The notes below the pieces were generated by a model, which ran no database searches, was not told where the DNA came from, and saw only the letters and a list, made by a program, of their open reading frames with translations. From Chara braunii (Eukaryota > Plantae > Charophyceae), in assembly GCA_003427395.1 (NCBI GenBank), contig BFEA01000036.1, positions 807,024 through 871,023 on the forward strand: DNA of 64,000 bases, read 5' to 3'. Of this stretch, positions 13,340 through 25,500 are shown one piece after another (the stretch's first letter is position 1; each line of letters starts with the position of its first letter). The translations under genes and the position numbers were made by a program.

Positions 13340-14000
13340 GACCCCTCGACCCTCAATCCAATGCAGCAATCCCAGACGCACCACTGCGCCCGACACCCCC
13401 CTCTCTCCCTTTGTTCTTCCCTCCTTTTTCTGCTTATTTTCCCTCTGACCTCCCTCTTTCCACCCTCTTTCCACTCGTTCACTTCCTTGTGTTTCTTCGT
13501 TGTCTCTTCCCCACCTCCTTTTTTCCTCACGACTAGCCGTTGCTCGCTTCTTGTGTTTCTTTATTCCCTATGACTCCCCTCGACCCTCGATCCGATGCAC
13601 CAATCCCAGATGCACCACTACGCCCGACAACCCCCTCTCTCTCTCTGTTCATCCCTCCTTTTCCTGCTTATTCTCCCTTTGACCTCTACCGTTCCACTCT
13701 CTTTCCACCCGTTCGCTTCCTTGTGGTTCTCCGTTGACGTTGCTCGCTTTCTTGTGTTTCTTTGCTCTCTAAAACGCACCACTGCGATCGACAACCCCCT
13801 CTCTCCCTGTGTTCTTCCCTCCTTTTTCTGCTTATTCTGCTTGTTCTCCCTCTGACCTCTCCCTTTCAACTATTTTTCCCCTCATTCACTTTCTTTTGTT
13901 TCTTCGTTGTCTCGTCCCCATCTCATTTTTTCCTCACGACTAGCCATTGTTCGCTTTCTTGTGATTCGTCGCTCTCTATGACTCCCTCGCCACAGCTGCA
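13340..14000. repeat. ~230-bp pyrimidine-rich tandem repeat (about 2.7 units)
   Basis: Units start near 13340 (GACCCCTCGACCCTCAATCCAATGCAGCAATCCCAGA), 13572 and ~13775 (partial). Confidence 0.8.
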
Positions 14001-14137
14001 CTCTTTACCTCGGCAGGGCACGCATCAATCCTTCACTTTCCGGGGCCCACAGCCATCCCACTCCTTCCCTACTCCCCCCCGCCCCCCACCTTTCCTCCCT
14101 TCTCTACCTTCACCCTGCTACACTCACCTCGAACTTC

Positions 14138-15605
14138 GTGTATCGAAAGACAAGGGTTGTCCACCAGGCGTTTGTTCGGCAGATGCTGTTCACAGGACGC
14201 GCAGCATACTTTCTCCTTGATGACATGTGGCGGACTCCTCGTCATAGCAGCGCCCTGTGCCTCACCAGGGCACACGTCGAATCTCCCTTTTCCGGGGCCC
14301 ACGTCGATCGTCGGGGATGTCACTACCCTCTGACACCCTCGCACTTTGCGGCTATTCAGAGGACGCTGTTTGCAGTCGATCCTTCTCCTGCATGTCACGT
14401 GGCAGTCCCTCGTCACAATTGCGCCCGGTGCTCCGGCACGCATCAAACCCTCTCCTTCCAGGATATGCGTCGATCCATCTCCATGATGCCACGTGGCGGT
14501 CCACGTGGCTCTTATTGGGGATGTTAACACATCAATAATCCTTCGCCACTGTTGCGCTCGTGCTCCGCAAGCCTGCTGCGGCACCACCAACACCACACTT
14601 GGCACACTAGCATTGTCCCTGTTCCGGTAATGGGGACCGAACTCCGTGTATCGGAAGACAAAGGGTGTCCACCAACCGGTTGTTCGAAAGATGTTGTTCG
14701 CAGGACGCGCAACGCACGTTCTCCTTGATGACACATGGCGGACTCCCTCGTCATAGCGGCGTCGTGTGCCTCACCAGGGCACATGTCCGAGTCGAACCTC
14801 CCCCTTCCGGGGCCCACGTCGATCGTCGGGGATGTCACTACCCTCTGACACCCTTGCACTTGGAGGCTATTCAGAGGACGCTATTTTCAGTCGATCCTTC
14901 TCCTGCATGACACGTGGCACTCCCTCGTCACAACTGCGCCCTGTGCTCCGGCATGCATCAAACCCTCTCCTTCCAAGATATGCGTCAATCCTTCTCCTTG
15001 ATGCCACGTGGCAGTCCACGTGGCTCTTACTGGGGATGTTAACACGTCAATAATCCATCGCCACTGTTGCGCTCGTGCTCCGCAAGCCTGTTGCGGCACC
15101 ATCAGCGCCATACTAGCATAGTGCCTATTCCGGTAATGGGGACCGATACAGTGTATCGGAGGACAAGGGGTGTCCACCAGGCAGCTGTTCGCAGGACGCG
15201 CAGCGCACTTTCTCCTTGATGACACGCGGCGGACTCCCTCGTCACAGCGGCGCCCTGTGCCTCACCAGGGCACACGTCGAACCTCCCCCTTCCGGGGCCC
15301 ACATCGATCATCGGGGATGCAACTACCCTCTGACACCCTTGCACTTGGCGGTTATTCAGAGGATGTCGTTTGCAGTCGATCCTTCTCCTGCATGACACGT
15401 GGCACTCCCTCATCACAACTGCGCCCTATGCTCCGACATGCATCAAACCCTCTCCTTCTAGGATATGCGTCGATCCTTCTCTTTGATGCCACATGGCGGT
15501 CCACGTGGCTCTTATTGGGGATGTTAACACGTCAATAATCCTTCGTCACTATTGCGCTCGTGCTCCGCAAGCCTTTTGCGGCACCACCAGCGCCACACTA
15601 GCCAC
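14138..15605. repeat. ~505-bp GC-rich tandem repeat (about 3 units)
   Basis: Units start GTGTATCG(A/G)A(A/G)GACAA at 14138, 14647 and 15152. The third unit is cut at ~15605 by the next LINE. Confidence 0.92.
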
Positions 15606-18600
15606 TAGGAGTATTGACCAGGAGGTCATGAAATCTATTTCCCCTTTTCTCTCAAGATGAAAGATTTTTTCCCCTCAGAGTGGGGAATGGTTCGAGGATG
15701 GTAACAGGTCTATGGCAGCCACCTTGAGTTTTGCTACAAGGCCTACAATGCAAAAAATGAAGAAGAAGAGATCCTGGAAAAAATTAAGTGGACGTAGAAC
15801 AAAACAAACCCAGTCCTTGATCTGTATTGGTACGAACAATGAAACCACTGGAACGACAGGTTGGAGAACCTGCACATTGAGAGAGAGAAGATTTGGGCAG
15901 AAAAAGCAAAAATCAAGTGGATGGAAGTAGGGGAAAGGATGACAAAATAAAACTTCAGAGTTCAAACGTTTTGACGGCAAGGAAGGGCTCTACGACAATT
16001 TTGGAAATGGACCATCCCTTTGATTCGTTTGCGCCAAGAGCCAAAACCACGGAGAAGATCCTGGAGTATGTCAGACTCTACTACAAGGACATTCTAACAT
16101 CCCGCCGATCTCCAGATGTAGAGGAGATGGAAATGGAGGCCTACCACACATTGTGGGAAACCTTTGACATGAAGCTCCCAGTGGAGGCAAGACTCGACCT
16201 GGACAGGCCAATCTCCATTAGGGAATGAATAGAGGCTATTAAGGCCATGCCAAGTGGTAAGTGCCTAGGGAGTGATGGCCTTCCACCAGAATTTTTACAG
16301 ACTATTTTGGGAAAAATTAGGCCCGACGTTGGTCTCAATATACAATGACTTGCTCAATGAAACAAAAATGAACTAGTCCATGAGCTTGGGAGTCATCTCC
16401 CTGCTATACAAGAAGGGAGATAAAAAGAATGTGAGAAATTGGAGACCAATCTCCCTTTTAAACACTAATTATAAGCTTATAGCCAAAGCATTGGCAATCA
16501 GGCTCAAGAGGCATCTGCCAGGTCTTATTGGAGTGGAACAGACGAGATTTGTCCAGGGAAGAAACATATTGGACAACATCTTGTTCACCATTGAAACACT
16601 GAAAACTATAAAGGTGGAATACCCGAACATAGTGGCCCTCCTCATCGATCTAGAGAAGGCCTATGACCGGGTAAACTAAAATTTTGTGTTAGATACTCTG
16701 ACAAAAGCAGGATTTGGCGTTAACTCCCGTCAATGGTTCAAGGCTACATACAGTAAGGGGGTAGGCAAGGTAATGGTTAACGGTTTCGTATCAAAACCCT
16801 TCGCCCCGACTAGGTCCCTGAGCCAAGGGTGCCCATTGGCCCCCTTGCTCTTTGTCATCCAAATGGAAGTAGTACTCTCAGCCATTCAAGTTAGGAAAAA
16901 CACTTCGATCAAGGGACTCCTGTTAGGAGAAGGTAGGTCGTGCAAGGCTTTGGCGATGGCCGACGATCTTTTCGCCATGTCCACTAACTCTGAGCAATCT
17001 TTGGGTGCCCTGAAAAAATGTTTGGATCTTTATTCTCAATTTTTTTAGGCTTTGGTCAACTGCTCCAAATCAGTTGTGGTGATGAAACAGGAAACCTGTC
17101 TGGAGGTCAATTGGGGTTTGAAGTACTTACCATGAATTTGAGAGGTTCGTAGGTGTGCAGGTGGGCTTGGAGAACGTCAGGTGACGAGCCAGCGAGATTC
17201 TTGAAGGAAGAGCCTTGGGCAAGCTGGAAAAAGTATCAAAAGTACCAGGAGTTTTCATACTCGGGAGGACCCTGTACCTGAACACAACAATCTTCTCAAG
17301 TCTATGGTTTGCAGGTGCCATCAGGCCCTTGGAGAAAGATGCATATAACAGAGTAAGACGTGCGGCCGCTAGATACCTATGGAAAAACTCAATCAATGAG
17401 GAGACCGGTTACTTACCGAGGGTGGCTTGGAGGAAGGTCACGGAAGCCACGGACGATCAAGGGCTTGGTATCCTCGATCCAGAGATGCAGACCAATGCCC
17501 TTCTTGCTCTTGGTCTGTCAAGTTGTTGTTGGACAAATCCATGGAAGGCACTGACCATATCAGCTTTGGTGAAAAACTAGGGACTGCAACGAGGATGTTG
17601 GAGTATGCCTCCTCGCCATATCATTTTGGGAGTGTGGGATGACATATTAAAAGCATGGCTGACAGTGTTGCCTGTACAATGCCAAGCACCAAGGACGGTT
17701 GACGAAATTCTCATGCAGCACATTTTCGAAAACAAGTGGTTATGCAGCGAGGAGGGGTTACCGTGGTCAGCAGGTGAGGGGGCTGGAGACGTTAGTCTCA
17801 AATGGGTACAGAGAGATGTTTCACGTATCAGGGATTTGTGGAACTCTGACCTGAAATAGTGGAGGTCTCCACTGGAATTAAGATTTAAACTGCACAACCT
17901 TCTCTTTGTTACAGAAAGAGTTAATGCAGTGATAGACAACATTCCAGCTGAGTAGGTGAAGAAACTCCAAAGTCCGGAGAGATCTTTGAAAGGTCATTGG
18001 GTAGTGGCTAATGGAGAAGATGGAGAGTCCTCTCCTTTGAAAATCCGGGAAGTTAAAGACAATAATGAAGCTCTAGTGGTTAGAGGCCTTGTCTCGATGT
18101 CCCATTCCGGTTCCCTCTCTGTACTACAGGGTTCGGATCATGATTGCATTAAATTAGATTAGAAGGTCGTTCAGTTACTGGTCCTACAAACCTTGGAGGA
18201 AAAGGACAATGTGAAAATACATCTCCCTCTAGGGTTGGTAGAGGCTAGTCATCTGCTTGCGCTACCGTGCCACTTGGGTTGGGGTTCCTCGTACTCTAAC
18301 CAACCGATTACCCTCATTGATTATAGACTCAAGGTGGGATACTCCAGACAGGCAAAGCCATCCATGGTAGCCTTCAAAGTGAAGAGTAGTTGGAATGCGT
18401 CTTACCAGATAGGGCCTGCGGGAAAGCAATTGGTTGCAACCAAAGACCTCAAAAACCTTTGGAAATCACTCAAGAAGATCCCGTCAGTGAAATTCTCAAG
18501 TCTGGCCTGACTGCAATCGCACAGGGCCGTGTCAACGGCCAAGTGGTTGCGTCAGAGGAATATGCAAGTCCCATAGCGCTGCTGCAGGTGCAGGAAAGGC

Positions 18601-18710
18601 ATAGAGAGCATGAAGCATTTGTGGTGGGAATGTAGTGTGTGTCTGGATGTGGTGGTGCAATCATTGGGAAAAGTGTGGACTGGACGGAATACTCTGAGAT
18701 AGGCATTCGT
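15606..18710 (+). pseudogene. 5'-truncated L1/Tx1-clade LINE ORF2 (RT + C-terminal zinc-binding region), degenerate
   Basis: LYKKGDKKNVRNWRPISLLN, IDLEKAYD, QGCPLAPLLF, MADD, WRKVTEATDDQGLGI. A zf-RVT-like CCRCRKGIESMKHLWWEC sits at ~18580-18635. No poly-A tail; the 3' end is lost. Confidence 0.93.
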
Positions 18711-20368
18711 ACCCTCTCTCGACTGGACTCATGCCACCCACCGAACCAGGCGCATCGAGATGGGGGTTGCTCGGTTCGGGATGTCTGTGTTGCCTGTCGG
18801 TGATGATGGATGTTTGTCAGAGTGACTTCCTGGCTCAGTGAGTGGTGGGAGCCGACAGTCTGCGGGGTTCAATCGTGAAGTGAGTTGGCCATGTGTTGCT
18901 TTGCTCCGTGTTGGATGCGCGAAAGTCCTCGACTGAGCTCTGTTGTCGCCCCGCTGCCTATATCCCGCCTGTTCCGCATGTGGTTCTTTGCAGGGGGATG
19001 CACTCGTTATGTGGTGGGGCCGTGCTATCGGGACCGTCTTGCGCTTCGCTGTTTTGTTGCCATGCTGCTCATCACCAGTCGTGTCTGTTGTGTTTCCCGT
19101 TTGTGTACCCCTGTAAGTTGGTTGCCTTGTCGCTGACGCCCTGTGCTCCGCTTCAAGGTTACAGACCAGCGGGCAGCTCACCCCGCTGGGTGAGGCAGCC
19201 TGAGTCCAGTCGGTTTAGGTTACGAACCGCAACTTAGTGAGGGCTACACAGTAAATAACTGCGTGCAACCCGCCTGTTGCATGGTCGACAGGACCACGTT
19301 ACCATTCTGCTATAACGTGAAAGGGGAGAGCCGCAAGACCTACCTGATTGGCAGTACGCTGCTCATGCAATCGAGGGAAGTGGTGCATGGTCGTTCTCGG
19401 TTGGCAAGGACAACTAACTTTTGTTGTAGCCCATCAGGTGATTAGACACGGTTGGTTCCCGGTTGCCAACGCCATGCCTTGTGGTGCATGTCTGCTAAGG
19501 CTCCTGCGCATTGTTGGTATAGGCAGTTATTGTGTTTACTGCGGATTGTTGTGCTGTTGCTGGTACAGTTGTGCAGACTGTCGTACGTTCGCTGCACTAC
19601 CGTGCTTGCTGCATTTCCACTGCGCTTCGCTGCACGGTTCGCCATGTACCTTTATATGTCGAATAGAGCACGCAAAGTGTGTATTGTTTGAATACGGATG
19701 TTTAGGGCCACGTGACTGCAGCTTCAACAGGGGAGACGAAGGTATGGCGTAAGGGGAGTGATCAGAGGCTTGAAGGGGGATTACTGCTACGATTTGGGGA
19801 GTTGCCAAAGAGTCAACAATTGACAGTTTGACTTCAGAGTGACCAAGCTGCTGCATATTGACCATCATTGAGGGGCCCTCAGGAGCATTAAGGAACCAAG
19901 GTCCTCTCTTGCGAGTCTGAGTGCACCTCTCTTATATCTGAGAGATTTAAATTTATCTCCTTCTGCCCTTCTGACTCTAAGTCTAGTCTATTGGTTTTGA
20001 GGTGAAGGCGGCAGGCGGCATTGCAACCCGTAGAAATGCAGCAAGACTCAATGGGGAGTCCACCCACCGATTGCGGGAACTGTACCAGAACCTAGGCGAG
20101 GTTCTGGAGGCAGGGAACTATCAGGTATATCCTTTTCTATCTGTATGACCCCATTATACTCATGTTTGCTTATCTCCCTTTAATTTGACTGATGTATGCA
20201 TGAGATTGCCCCTATGATTTTATTTTCCTTCATGATCTAATCAGACTGAATGGAAGGAATGCAGGTGTAAAGTCTAAGTTTCTCTTTGTTGTTGATTGAA
20301 AGCAGACTAAGGGATGAATTGGGGGAAGGTGGAAGGTAGACTGCATGCGTTTGACCGGGTCAACTAAG

Positions 20369-20943
20369 GACTGGGCATTGTTTCTAAGCTGAATGGCTCA
20401 GGGCTATGTTTATTTGGCTGTTTTCTGAAGAGTCAGGCATTGTTTTTAAGTAGAATGACCTGGTTGCTATGTTTAATTTTTTAGGGAGGATTTTGATCGA
20501 AGGTTGAGCACTGTTTCCAAGCTGAATGGTTTAGCCTGAAAACCACGCACATAAGTATAAACTAAGTATAAAAGAAAGTATTCTACTTATATTTGCATGT
20601 GAACTGGCAGTTGGGCATTGTTTCCAAGTCGAATGGTCCAGCGTTAATCCATATCGCTAAGAAGAGAAGGAAAATTACAGAGTATAATTGGAAGTAGTAT
20701 GGGCAAGCTGAACAATGTTTCCAAGGCGAATGGTTCAGTCCTCTGTCCATATTTGTATTTCCTTTTGAGAACAAAGTTGGAAAGTTATTAAATTTTGGAT
20801 ATTAAACAGTTCAGGGCGGCTAGGCATCGTTTCCAAGCCGAATGGTCTAGTCAAATACCCAAAGAAGAGAGAAGTAATAGTGCAACCCGTTCGTATATAT
20901 CTTAAGGCACGCTGGATATTGTTTCCAAGCCGAATGGTCCAGC
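20369..20943 (+). repeat. Hairpin array (7 units), core ATTGTTTCCAAGCCGAATG
   Basis: For example GTTGGGC-ATTGTTTCCAAGTCGAATG-GTCCAGC and GGTTGAGC-ACTGTTTCCAAGCTGAATG-GTTTAGCC. Confidence 0.85.
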
Positions 20944-22511
20944 ACTGTGTCATATGTAAGTAGGGTATAAGGGTTGAATTACTTAAGGATTCATGAACTA
21001 TCTTATATAAATTGACTTCGGGATGGTGAAAGTACTTACCTTTGTGGTTTGACCTGCATGTGACTGAGTGCGACTACTACTTAGTCTGAGTTTCAGTTTC
21101 ATAGGGAGTTGCTTTAGTTGTTCGCCACGTATTAGAGTCATAGGAGTTAATTTCAATTTCTGCATTTTCTAAGCAAAGTTTTTTTTTGCTTAGGTCAATT
21201 TCTGCATTTTCTAGGATCTTTTATTATACTTGGGTTTGTAATAATTTTTGTAAGTCACTGTCTACGGGAAGCGCTGCCGAAATTTGTACAAAACCAAGAA
21301 GTTAGTCAAATTTTATCTTTTTAAGGATCTAATTTTTCTAACTTTTTGGGTTAGTAAAAATTTGAAAAACCTTCTTTTTTAAAGGGAGTGCTGCCCAATT
21401 TTTTGCTAATTCACGGAGTTGGACAAAATTAGACCTTGAAAAGTCAAAGTCATTTTAGATTTTAAACTTAGCTTTGTATAAATCTTGGAATAACACTTTT
21501 TCTACGGGAAGCGCTGCCGAAATTTCTACAAAACCAAGGAATTAATTAGATTTTGTCTTAGTTGAACTCAGGTTTTATGTCTGAGTTCATATCTGACTTA
21601 GTATAAATCTGGAAAGTCTACCTTTCTAAAGGAAGTGCTTCCCAAATTTTTACTAATTAAGGGAGTTGGACAAATTTTGACTTTTCAGAGTTAGAGATCG
21701 TTTTTGTTTTCATATTTGGGTTATTAAAAATTTCGCGAAGGCATTTTTCCTACGGGAAGCGCTGCCGAAAATTTTCTTAGTTTAGAGGAGTTATATTATA
21801 TTTTGAAAGGTGGTAATTCTGGCAATCCACTCTGCATAGAAGAGATTCTGGCGAAGATCTATTTTTTTATTAAGCACTGACTTAGGGGTAGACTCATGAT
21901 TAGCTAAGTAGAATGATTCTTGGCAAAATCGTGATATGGAGATTACCCTCGATTTAGACTCATAAATTTAGCTTGGGGGTTGGCCTGTCTTGTGTTACAG
22001 GTCGTCTTGAACGTTTGATTTAAAATCAGGACTAAATTCAACTTGATCCTACGAGGATCATCTTCTGTTATCACTGATAACAGGTCGGTTGCCGATTCGT
22101 CGGCCTACGACTCAACTTCTATTCACCCTCAATGCTCAACCGAAAAGGCTTTAGCCCTGGTGATTTTTATTGTTTTATTAAGGTTTTCACCCTGACTTTT
22201 ACCATTTAACAAAGGTACTGAGTATTTAATTATGGTTGGTTGGACAAGAGTTGGGGTTTGCATGGCTAAAGCGAGGGGTATGAGTATAGAGGTTGGCTTA
22301 AGTTGACACCATGTAGTTCGTGGACTTTTGGTTGACTCTTTGATGTGATTGGAGGTATGTTATGTGGTTCAGATTTTGGATTTGGCTATCTGCGATCACA
22401 CACATGTATATGGCTGTGAGGAGTCTCACTGTGGTTGTGAGAAGTGATCGTCACATACTTATTTCCCCTTACATGTATATATATGTATGTACCTATGTTG
22501 GGTGTTCGTGG

Positions 22512-25500
22512 TGTCGGTGCGAATACCCTTACAAGGGTATCCGCCCTGGTTTTTGCAAATGACAGAAAATAGGTATGGTTTAAAGTTTAAGTATTTCGTG
22601 CGAGGCGCGACTGTGCCTGTATGTCTACGACGGTTGAATGGTTGACTGAAGTAGAGAGTATGTGGGCGCGCGGATTGAGGCGCTCATGATCATTTATTTT
22701 TGATTGAGGATTGTGAAAGTCGGCGCAGCTGCCGGCCGGATTTTTATTTTTGATTAAATTAGGATTAAGGAGATTCTGTCTCGTAATTGATATGCTTGTC
22801 AGTGACTTGTGCGTATGTGCGGAGGACGGCATCGACAATAACGTGAATTTCAGAAACATCTCGGTAGGTCCGCGCGTCGCGCAGTATTGGTTTATTTGAG
22901 ATGTCTATCGGAGCCACACCAAGACTTGGGTCTACCACTATTGGCTACGACATCGGACTTTCATCAACAAGATCCAAGGATCGAGCGACGGCATGGGATA
23001 TTAGAATAGCACGAGGAGACCGAGCGGTTGAGGGTCGGCAGGGCCGTTCCCCTTGACTTTACCGTTTGCGGCGTCCGATCAGTGGTAGCACTCTCTGGGC
23101 ATTTCCTTTTAGCGCCGTATTTCTATTCCCCTATGTTTGACTTGCGGGTTCCCACATGTCCGGGGTACTGGCGATAGTTCTCTATTTTTGCATGTCAACG
23201 TGCGGAAGGGCGACCGCATTTCCATGGTAGTGGCTTCCCTCGCTTCTTACTTGGAGAGCGTCGGTAGTCCAAGGAGGAAGGGAATTGGAGAACATTTCCG
23301 GGCGGGCCTGTGGGACTGCCGCCCGAGGGTAGCGAGGGTTGCCACGGGTGTGCCGTCCGCCGGCCGCGGTCTGCTTTGGGGGGGGGGTTGGCTATGAGCA
23401 TGCCCGCGGGGGCATGGGCTGTGGCAGTTGCGCGCATGGGACCAATGGGTGTCTCTAGTAGAGAGTCAGGGGAGACTTTGAAGTGTTTTTCGGTGGGCCC
23501 GCGCGTGGCGCGGGGTACGTTTGTTGCTGGGAAACACGGCGCAGTCAAGACTAAATGCGTTTGAGGCTAAGGTGCCGGTAATGTTGAGCGGAGTAACCTA
23601 CTTTTCGGGTCCGGTGGGGTCGCGTGGGGGTGTGTTGTATTTGTAGGATTGCGTTACCTCCTTTTCTCATAGTACGGGGAATCCTGTAGCAGCCACTTTC
23701 GTGTTCAAGTCTCCGACGAGGGAATATGTGAAAGTTGCACCCACTCGTAGGTGCGATACCTCCTACAGCAGGTGGGCGATACCGGCCAGGAGTCAGCCGA
23801 TAGCATCAGGGTTGAGCCTCTTCGATGGGCCAGTCACTGTGCCTCCCCTTCGGTCCCCTCCCCTCAGCGTCGGTACGACGAGGAGAGACAAAAACGCGAT
23901 AGACAAGAGGAAGGAGCGGGGCGCTAGCAAGGCAACCGGGCAGCGGTGCTAAGGAGGGGGGTTGAATCTGGGCGCGATGACGTGCCGGATGCGTTCGGGA
24001 CACACGCAGTGGGGGAATGATGAAGTGAAGCGAGAACGGACTATGGAGAGAACGGGATAGCGCAGCAGTAATATCGAAGTAGACGGGTGAGTGAGGAACA
24101 GACTATGAAGGGTCGGGCAGTGTTGCGCAGCAGCAGGCGACGAATGTGACCAAGGTAGAGTTGAATGAATCTGGACGCAAACTTGCGCCAGATACGGCCT
24201 TAGAAGAGGATGACGGGTTGAGAGCTCGGGCGCAGCAGAAGAGTAGAAGCGCAATCAATTGGAAATAGATTCGGGAGGAGAAAAAGATTATCCGGGGGTT
24301 TTGACCCCGGGTGAATTTGATTCTGATGTTAGTTTTAGTCAAGAGTTAGTAGAATCAGAGGCTAGTGATGAAAAGGATGCGTCGGGGGATGGCGGAAACG
24401 AAGGAGGAAGGGAGTGAAGTTGTAACATCTCGCTCATGTTTTGACCGTTCTCCTCGATTTAAAATGCTAGATTAAGTTTTTAAGACAGGGCGACTTGCAT
24501 GGTGAGGTCGGATTTAGTGGTAGGTTAGTGTGTAAGGAGCTACAAAGAGAATGACCTGCGCTAAGCTACGGTGGAGTGTTGGAGGAGGAGAAGACTAAGG
24601 AAGAAAAAACTTACCTCGCTCGATTCCTAACGGAATCGAGCATGAGAAGATGCTAAACTAAGTTTTTTGGGACGGACGACCTCAAATCTGAGGGTAGTTT
24701 TCGTGTTCGATTAGTAAACTACGAGCTAGTGAAGAAGGGGCTGCGCGAGTAAGCAAGTAGGAGCGAGCATGTATCGAGCCATGTTCTAGCGGAAGATTCA
24801 TTCGCAGTTGGGACAACAGAAGATCGATGGAAAAAACCTGTAGAAAGAGGGGTTGGTGCATGGTGGGGGGAAGGGGACTGATCTACAGAGATGAAGGAGG
24901 AGGGATGAGGCACGTACCTTCTAAGTAGTGAAAGGGGAGTCGCCATCCACCATGCCGACGTGCCGACGTGTTGGGAAGGCTGTAACTATCTCCGCGGCGG
25001 GAAACTTATTCGATTTCCCGATGTAACCAGTCAGAGGAAGACAGCGGATTCCTCTGCGCTCGAGCGATGGATTTGCTCTGATGTCGCTCGACCGAATAGT
25101 CGACAGACCAAAGGGGAGCTGCGATGAGCTGCAGAAGGAAGGGACACAAAGGGAACGTGTAAGAGAGAGGGGAAATAAAATAGGGAATACTTACCTGGCA
25201 GTGCAGGGTGAACCGAGGACAGTGGCAAAGGCTGAACAAGTGAGGTGAGCAGTGGGAGTAAGGTGGTCACCTACAGCTGCTGGCATCCTATGGGCCACCT
25301 CTCTGCCGTGGGGGGGGGGGTGTTACTGCGATTCCTCTGACGGATTGGCTGTTGATCATCTCCGTTGTGCCTCGATCACCTGGGCAGGCCAATGTTGTAC
25401 ACTAAAAGAGTTATCGTTGCCTCCAGTAAGGAGGTTGGTTGCGGCGCTTGGGAGCTTGTTGGTTAATGCATATGGTATGGTTCAAAGGTTGGGGGTACCA

